Origin: Anolis carolinensis
Taxonomy: Eukaryota
Assembly (NCBI RefSeq): GCF_035594765.1
Contig: NC_085841.1
Span: 308,397,402 to 308,461,401, forward strand
Direction of reading: 5' to 3'
DNA: 64,000 nucleotides
The position numbers and the translations under genes were made by a program. A model generated the notes under the pieces. It was not told the origin of the DNA. It worked only from the letters and a program-made list of their open reading frames with translations, and ran no database searches. Positions within the stretch are counted from its first letter, which is position 1. Each line of letters begins with the position of its first letter. Below are positions 57,015 through 64,000 of the stretch, piece by piece.

Positions 57015-60000
57015 GGCCCCTTCCACACAGGCAGAAAAATCCCACAATGTCTACTAGGCATGTGCGATCCATGAAAAAAATGGTTCAAAACTTGCTTCAA
57101 AAGTAGGGGGCACTGGCGCTTCATTTCTAAAGTCATTTCCAAATTTTGAAGCAAAAAGTTCAAAACTTTCCAAAGCTTCTGAATCTTTGTATGTACCTCG
57201 TTAATGGCAGATGTGCATGTGCATGGAGGAAATCATTATTGTCAATGGGGAAACTTGACAGGCTTCTATCTCCCTCATTTTTTGAGTTATTCTGATGAAA
57301 CTAGCTACAGTGGTAGAACACATTGACCACTGTTAGCTCACCAAATCTAACAACATTTGACTTATCTTCAGATTTTTGGTGAATTTTCAAAGTTTTTATT
57401 TAAAAACATTTTTAATAATAACAAAAATCTGTTCCTGGTTTGGAAGTGTTATTTCCTGTTTAATGGGTTTGCTGGGGCTGAGAGTGTGTGACTTGCCCAA
57501 GATCACCCAGTGGGTTTCCATGGCTGAGTGGGGAATCAAGCCATCAGAGTCCAACTCTCAAACCACTCCCTCCCTCCCTCTCTCCCTCCCTCTCTCTAAA
57601 CTTCTCATATCTTCCAAGAATTCACATATGAAAATTTTGTCAAGACAGTCAAGTGAGGACAAAAGAGGGTGGAGAATGTTAAGAGGAGAAAGGAACTGGG
57701 ACATCTGGGAATTGTAGTTTTAAAGTGGGCACACTCCATTACAGTTACTATTGGGGAAACTTCTGCTCCAGCCCAGTGCTTTCTGGGAAATGTAGTTTAG
57801 TGCAGGCTTTGTGGCTTTTCGCTTCCCATTAAATAAATGCAGAAAATTTCGAGGCTCCATTCTCCCTCATTTTTAAAGCTATTGGGGTGAAACTTGATAA
57901 AATGACAGAAGATATTTATCACTCTTTGCCTATCAAGTTTCACAATGTTTCACCCATCCACTGATTTTTTTGGGAAATTTCAAAGTTTTTTAAAACAACA
58001 TTTTTTTAAAAAAAGCTACAAGAACTACGCCCCTGCCTCTCCCTCCCTCTTCCGTCAGCCCTGATTGGCTTAGAGGCACAGTCAGGTTTTGCTTCCCTCA
58101 TATTGACACACAACCACATAACTTTGGTCAGGTTTATATATACTATTATTTCCTTAACTCCTCATTGCAGATTCCATGATTGTATATATTATAATAATTA
58201 GACTGTCTCTCAATGCCACAAATAGCTGCTCCAGCCTAATGCTTTCTGGGAAATGTATTTTAGTGCTGGCTTGTGGCTTCTCGCTTCCCATTAAATAAAT
58301 GGGGAAAATTCAGAGGCTCCTTTCTCCCTCATTTTTAAAGCTATTGGGGTGAAACTTGCTAAAATGGCAGAAGATATTTATCACTCTTTGTCTATCAAAT
58401 TTCATATTTAAAAAATAATCTTTATTAAAGCGTTTTTTTCAAAGATTAAAAAGCAAAAAGGGCAAAAAGAATTCAACATGAGACAATAAATATAAAATAT
58501 AAAATATCCTATATAGAAGGAATAGTCTCTATGAGAACGAGGGAGGGTCAGAGAGTGCGGGTTTTAGTAAAAGGAAAAATATAAAAAATAAAAAGTGTAT
58601 AAGATAGGATTAAAAACATAAAGACAGAAGAGTATGTGATGTTGACTTCCAAAAAATCTTCGTGGAGGTTTTTCCCTTTTCCTTCTTCCTCTGCTATTTC
58701 TTTATTCTTTATCTTTATCTTTCTTTATTTCTTTATCTTCTTTCTCCTTGTCTTCTTTCCATTTCTCTTATCTGGTAAGCTTTTTTCCTTTTTCCTCTTT
58801 TGTTGTTTTTTCCCCCTATAAATGTATACATTTATATGCAGACATCTTATATTTCAGTTACTTTGTCTATGTATTTGTTTATATCAGTATCTTAAACTTT
58901 TTACCCTTTAAATATTCTGTTACACTACACCAATCTGTCTCCTTTATTGGCTTTCCCTTACTTTTTAGAAAGGTTAGTCTATCCTATTCTAACAATTTCC
59001 TGTAAAATTTTGTTATTTTTTTAAAAATTGTTTGCATAATTTCCCCCCGAAAAATGTTTTGTTCTTCAAATCCAATTTCTTTGTCTATTTTAAAATGTTC
59101 CTTTATCTGCCAATATTGATACCAGGAGATATTTTGTCCAGTTTATTCATTTCCTGTTGTGTCTTCATTTTTTATTCTATTTGACAACCACCTTCTACCC
59201 CATTAAAATCTCCCATTATTATCAAATGTTCAAACTCTTGATTGCTAATATGGTTTTTAAAATTTTCTATGAAGACTGTCTGCTCCGTTTGGGGCTTATA
59301 TATTGCATAACAGTATATTTATGCCTTGTATTGTTATTATCACCCCTATAAATCTCCCTTCTCTATCTTTGAAGGATAGTTTGGCCAGGATTTTTTCATC
59401 TATATATATCACTACTCCTTTATTTTTTCTAATGCTGATGCATGAAACATCTTTCCCATTTTTTATTTTTATTTTTTGCATTATGTGCGTTTCTTGAAGT
59501 GCAATCACCTGGTATCTTTTTTTCCTTAGTGTATTAAATACTTTATTTTTTTCCGAGTTTAACCCATTAATATTTGAGTATATTTTTAACTCACTCATCT
59601 TGGGCCTTTTTTCTCTTGCTCCTCTTCTACTTCCTCTTCTTCTTCCTCTACTTCTTCTATCACCTCTTCTTCTGGTTGTTCTTCCACATTCTCTAAATTA
59701 CTTTCGTACTTCGTCTTATATTCATTCTATATCCCTCTATATCCAGATCTTCTTTTTCCGATGATTCTGTTCTCTGTCTCTTGGGTTTTTTCCTCCCTTT
59801 ATATTTCGTTTCCATTTCCCCCCCTCCTTCCATTCTTATTGTGTTATAAAATTCTCTTGCTCTATGCTCGGAGGTAATCCAATAGCTTTGGTCTTTGTAT
59901 GTCGTCATTAATCCTTCTTCTTTTTCCCATCTGAATCGTACATTTTGTTTTTTCAACTCATCTGTCAAAAAAGTGTTTTTCTTTCTTCTACTTGTTATTG

Positions 60001-61464
60001 TACTTGGAACTTCTTTTAGGAAATTCTTTTCATCCCTTTATAAAAGATTTGTTTCTTATTATATATTCTCAGAATCTCATCTCTTGTGATTTTCCTTGTG
60101 AAGTGCACTATTACATCTCTAGGTGTTTTGTTTCTTCTCAAAAAATTGGTGTTGATCCTATAAGTTTTGTCTGTTTGGTCTTGTATTTCCTATTCCGAGC
60201 AGTCAAGAAGATTCATAAGTATCTCCATTATTTTTTTCTCTTATGATTTCTCCAGGTTCCTCTTGGATGTTCCTCATTCTTAATTGAAACTCCATTTCCC
60301 TTGTCTCTAGTGCTTCCTGTTTTGCAGTCACTTTTTCATTTTTATATGTAGTTCTTTTACCATATTTTGTGTCTTTTCCTGAGATTTCTTTAGTTCTTTC
60401 TTCTCATTTTTTAGGTCTTTCATCTCTTGCTGGATTAACGTTATCTCCCTCTTCATCATGCCTAATTCCTCTTTGATCTCTCTCTTAAAATTCGACATTT
60501 GTTCTTGTGGGATCTAAATATTGTAATTTGTAGTTTGTTATTTAGTCGTTTAGAGTTTCCAGACTTCAGTCTCTCATTTATATCCCAAAATATAATGCCT
60601 TGGCTATATGCCTTGGCTGCTTTCCTTTTGCTGTTTCTTCCTTCCTTCCGTCCTCACCAGAGAGCTGCTTCCCCTTTTCCCTCCTTCTGAATACCTCCGG
60701 AGAAATCTCCCACCTCCTTCCAATGTTCACTACTTACAGTCAACTCTCTTCTTCTTCCTTCTTTGTAAATTAAAAGTGCACCCGGTTGGCGATTCTGCCA
60801 GGGGTCCCCCCCCCCGTGTGCTCCCGCTGCAACCCGTCTTAACCCTAAGGGTCCAATACCGGGTCCCTTTGAAGCCCACTCTTGAGGAGTGAGCCTCTTT
60901 GGGACCATCGGCTGTCCCCCTGATTTCCACAGTCCACTTCTCCTTGATCCGTGAGTTGGAGGGAGTTGTCACTCTACCCAGTCGCCCGGATTTTGCTGGC
61001 ACCCTCTTGCGAGCTCTAAAGTGCCCATCTCACTGCCATTCCTGCTCACCCGGAAGTCTCTGTCTATCAAGTTTCGTAATGTTTCACCCATCTACTGATA
61101 TTTTGGGAATTTTTTTAAAAGGCTACAAGAATGATGCCCCTGCCTCTCTCTCCCTCTTCTGTCAGCCCTGATTGGCTGAGAGGCATGCCAACATGTTTGG
61201 CTTCACCTCTCAGCGAGGCTTGGTCACAGCTACATCTGAGACATAAGAAATGAAGGTGTCTTTTGATTCAAATTCTTAATATTGGGAAGGCAGTGAGCAG
61301 GTGAGAACTCGCTTCAAAAGTGCTTTAGATCCAAATTAGATACAAATTTAACAACCATACGAACAATTTGCCCACTTTGAACTGGGTAATCTGAGTCCAC
61401 ACTGACATATATTCCAGTTCAAAGGAGATAATGTGGGATTTTATTTGGCTCTGTGGAAGGGGCC
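57015..61464. mobile_element. Harbinger-like MITE interrupted by a hAT-like element (~57055-61374)
   Basis: GGCCCCTTCCACACAG ... GTGGAAGGGGCC with TGA TSD; the insert begins TAGGCATGTGC and has internal tandem repeats. Confidence 0.65.
58404..61060 (-). mobile_element. Internally deleted L1-clade element (5' UTR, decayed ORF1, most of ORF2 missing)
   Basis: 5' GACTTCCGG, CpG-rich UTR, ORF1 fragment FRWEKEEGL, endonuclease start NINGLNS..LQETH..MGDFNG, AATAAA near the 3' end, 15-bp TSD TGTCTATCAA(A/G)TTTC. Confidence 0.8.
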
Positions 61465-62044
61465 TGAGAACCAAGGGGTCAAATTTAGGTTCACAGAGAT
61501 ACAGATCTACTTTAATTAACAAAATAGTTGTGGTCCTAGGAATTACATCTTTAACAGAAAATTTACACCCTGTTACAGAAATAACACTGAGGCCCCATCT
61601 ACATTGCCATTATAGTGCAAATTTAACGGTATTATATGAGTAGCGTAGATTTATATAATGTAGTTTAATTGCATTGTACTGGATTATAATGACAGTGTAG
61701 ATGGGTCCTAAATGAGTGGGGATATAATTCTCTACTACAAAAAAAGACATGCAGCTGTACTTTAGGAAATTCTTTATTCATAACCAAAAATATTTACATG
61801 TCAAATGAAACAATAATTTTGCTTAAGAAAAATATTTTGAATGTTCTAGTGACTGTTTCAAGGCTTCTGCCAAATTGCATCCAGGGATATTTTTTTTCTT
61901 CACCACTTCAACTGTATTCATGTTTTTCATTTTGATTACCAAACATCTAGATCTATACTTTTTACATATGCAGGCTTATCTTCTCTCCCATTTCTGTTTT
62001 ACTGTTCACTCATGCTCAGTAAGGCATTATGGAGAAAGTGGGTT

Positions 62045-62183
62045 CACTTTTCTGAGCAAGGTTCTGGAGCAGGTGGTGGCTTCTCAGCTCCAGGGATTCT
62101 TGGATGACACTGATTATCTTGATCTCTTGCAGTCTGGTTTTAGGCCGGATCACAGAACGAGACAGCTTTGGTTGTCTTCATGG
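62045..62183 (+). mobile_element. L2-clade RT fragment
   Basis: FLSKVLEQVVASQLQGFLDDTDYLD..QSGFRP. Confidence 0.75.
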
Positions 62184-64000
62184 ATTTATTTATTTATTTC
62201 GTGTCAAAAGCATTGGTACAGCAAATACATTTCAAATAATGGAAATAAAATAGAAAATAAAAGAAATCACAGGCAACTAAATAGTTTTGGACCAAAAGCG
62301 GGCAACAGCAACCTCATTGTCTGTAGCTTTAAACAACTCCTCCTCCGTACATGAGGCAGGGCATTGTGGGCAAGCATACATATGCTGAGTTGTTTGTTCA
62401 GCTCCACAGTCACACAAGGTGGAGGATTCCTCCAGGTAGTGCCACCTTGCCAAGTTGTCTTTTGATCTGCCCACTCCACTTCTGAGTCTGTTCAGGGACT
62501 TCCAAGTTGCCCATTCCTGGTTTGCCCCTGGAGGAAGACCCTCTTGGGGGGCCATCCAGTTAGAATTGCCAGGTTTAGCTGCCCAGAGGGACACCCTTGC
62601 TGTTGCTGGAGGAACATCAAGAGGAGTGGTGGTTCTCATGAAGCCCTTCCTTGATTTGAGTCTACTGGGAGGAGGCTGATAGTCATGCAGTGGGTGGCTT
62701 TCACAATGTTCAACCTTTTTTCTCTCACCGTTAGCAGCAACTTCCCATCGCACGTCAGGAGGGGCAATGCCAGCTAACTTGTAGAGTTTATCAACAGGTG
62801 TAGGTTTAAGGCATCCCGTGATGATTCTGCATGTTTCATTCAGTGCTATGTCCACCTGCTTTGCATGGGCAGACTTGTGCCAAACAGGACAGGCATACTC
62901 TGCAGTTGAGAAAGACAAGGCCAGGGCTGATGTTCTTATTACTTGTGGGTCTGCTCCCCATATGCTGCCAGTCAGTTTCCGCAGGATGTTATTGCGTGCA
63001 GCTACTTTGTGCTTGGTGTTCATGCAGTGTTTCCTATATGTTAGTGTTCGGTCTAAGGTGACACCAAGGTATTTAGGATGGAAACAGTGTTCGAGCTCTT
63101 GGCCTTCCCAAGTAACTTTCAGTTTCCTGTTGGCTTCGCGGTTACGTAGGTGGAAAGCACACACTTGTGTCTTGGCAGGGTTAGGCTTCAGGTGGTTCTC
63201 TTTGTAGTAGCTGGAGAGATCTTTCAAGGCATTGGTGAGTTGCTTTTCAACTGTTTCAAAATCTTTTGCTTGTGTTGTAAGGCCAAGGTCATCAGCATAT
63301 ATAAAGCTCTTTGTGAGTGGTGGTAGTGGCTGATCGTTCGTGAAGATGTTAAATAAGGTTGGTGCAAGAACGCTGCCTTGGGGTAAACCATTATTTTGCC
63401 TCCTCCATCTGCTTTTCTGGCCCTGAAACTCCACATAGAAGCTGCGGTTTTCTAAGAGGGTCTGGATAGTTTTTGTAAAGTCAAAGTCCCGGGTGATATG
63501 GTAGACTTTAGGCAGCATTTTTCTATGTTGCACCGTGTCATAGGCTGCCATAAGGTCCACAAAAATTGTTCCCGTGATGCAGCCTTTCTCGTAGCCTTCC
63601 TCAATATGTTCAGTCAGATGAAGAATTTGACCTGTACAGTTTTTCCCTGGTCTGAAACCTGCTTGTTGTGCAATAAGCTTGGGTTCGATAACAGGTCCTA
63701 GTCGATTTAATAGCATCCTCTCATAGACTTTATATAGATGACATAAGAGGGAGATTGGTCGATAGTTCCTGGCATTGGAGGCATCTTTACCAGGTTTTAA
63801 GATGGCAATTATCTTAGTTTTCCTCCATGCTCTGGGAATCTGTTTGTGTGCCAGGCATTGATTGTAGAATTTCAAAAGCCAGTTTTCAGCTTTGGCCCCC
63901 AAGTGTTTGATTTGCTCCATCATCAGGTCATCTAGGCCAGGTGCTTTACCAGTCTTACATCGCTTGATGGCTTCTCTGAGTTCTTTCAGGTTTAGAGGAG
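62184..64000 (-). mobile_element. Vingi (Ingi-related) LINE, continues beyond the window
   Basis: (TAAA)n tail; long intact RT ORF. Confidence 0.85.
62277..63923 (-). CDS. Vingi reverse transcriptase ORF (partial; true start probably outside the window)
   Basis: YRPISLL, QAGFR, LPQGSVLAP, YADD, C-terminal CDCG..H..C; no RNase H. Confidence 0.88.
   Translation of the reverse strand: MMEQIKHLGAKAENWLLKFYNQCLAHKQIPRAWRKTKIIAILKPGKDASNARNYRPISLLCHLYKVYERMLLNRLGPVIEPKLIAQQAGFRPGKNCTGQILHLTEHIEEGYEKGCITGTIFVDLMAAYDTVQHRKMLPKVYHITRDFDFTKTIQTLLENRSFYVEFQGQKSRWRRQNNGLPQGSVLAPTLFNIFTNDQPLPPLTKSFIYADDLGLTTQAKDFETVEKQLTNALKDLSSYYKENHLKPNPAKTQVCAFHLRNREANRKLKVTWEGQELEHCFHPKYLGVTLDRTLTYRKHCMNTKHKVAARNNILRKLTGSIWGADPQVIRTSALALSFSTAEYACPVWHKSAHAKQVDIALNETCRIITGCLKPTPVDKLYKLAGIAPPDVRWEVAANGERKKVEHCESHPLHDYQPPPSRLKSRKGFMRTTTPLDVPPATARVSLWAAKPGNSNWMAPQEGLPPGANQEWATWKSLNRLRSGVGRSKDNLARWHYLEESSTLCDCGAEQTTQHMYACPQCPASCTEEELFKATDNEVAVARFWSKTI

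Overview
Vertebrate genomic DNA, almost certainly a lizard (probably Anolis, judged from Sauria SINEs and the CR1/Penelope/Vingi/hAT/Harbinger repertoire). The window covers the SYNJ2BP-ADAM20/21 locus. It holds coding exon 1 of SYNJ2BP (minus strand, 3702-3765, not shown as its own ORF in the track), then a tandem array of four single-exon-CDS ADAM20/21-like metalloprotease genes with intact catalytic motifs and one decayed partial copy, all on the minus strand. The rest is dense, often nested transposable elements, including a very young intact Gypsy element with identical LTRs, a full-length intact CR1 and an intact Vingi RT ORF running off the right edge. Highlights: (1) all four ADAMs share a ~45-bp upstream motif block, and in the fourth gene a full-length sense-strand CR1 sits between that block and the ATG; (2) that CR1 has a canonical U_UUA_AAC -1 frameshift heptamer at the ORF1 stop, leading into an ATG-less ORF2 extension; (3) two ADAMs share a gene-conversion-like tract confined to the catalytic domain; (4) a 2-nt frameshift removes one ADAM's cytoplasmic tail; (5) a Penelope remnant keeps an intact minimal hammerhead ribozyme; (6) a 1-kb GC-rich hAT element is built of alternating palindromes. 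All calls were made by eye without database searches, so TE family names and some boundaries are approximate.
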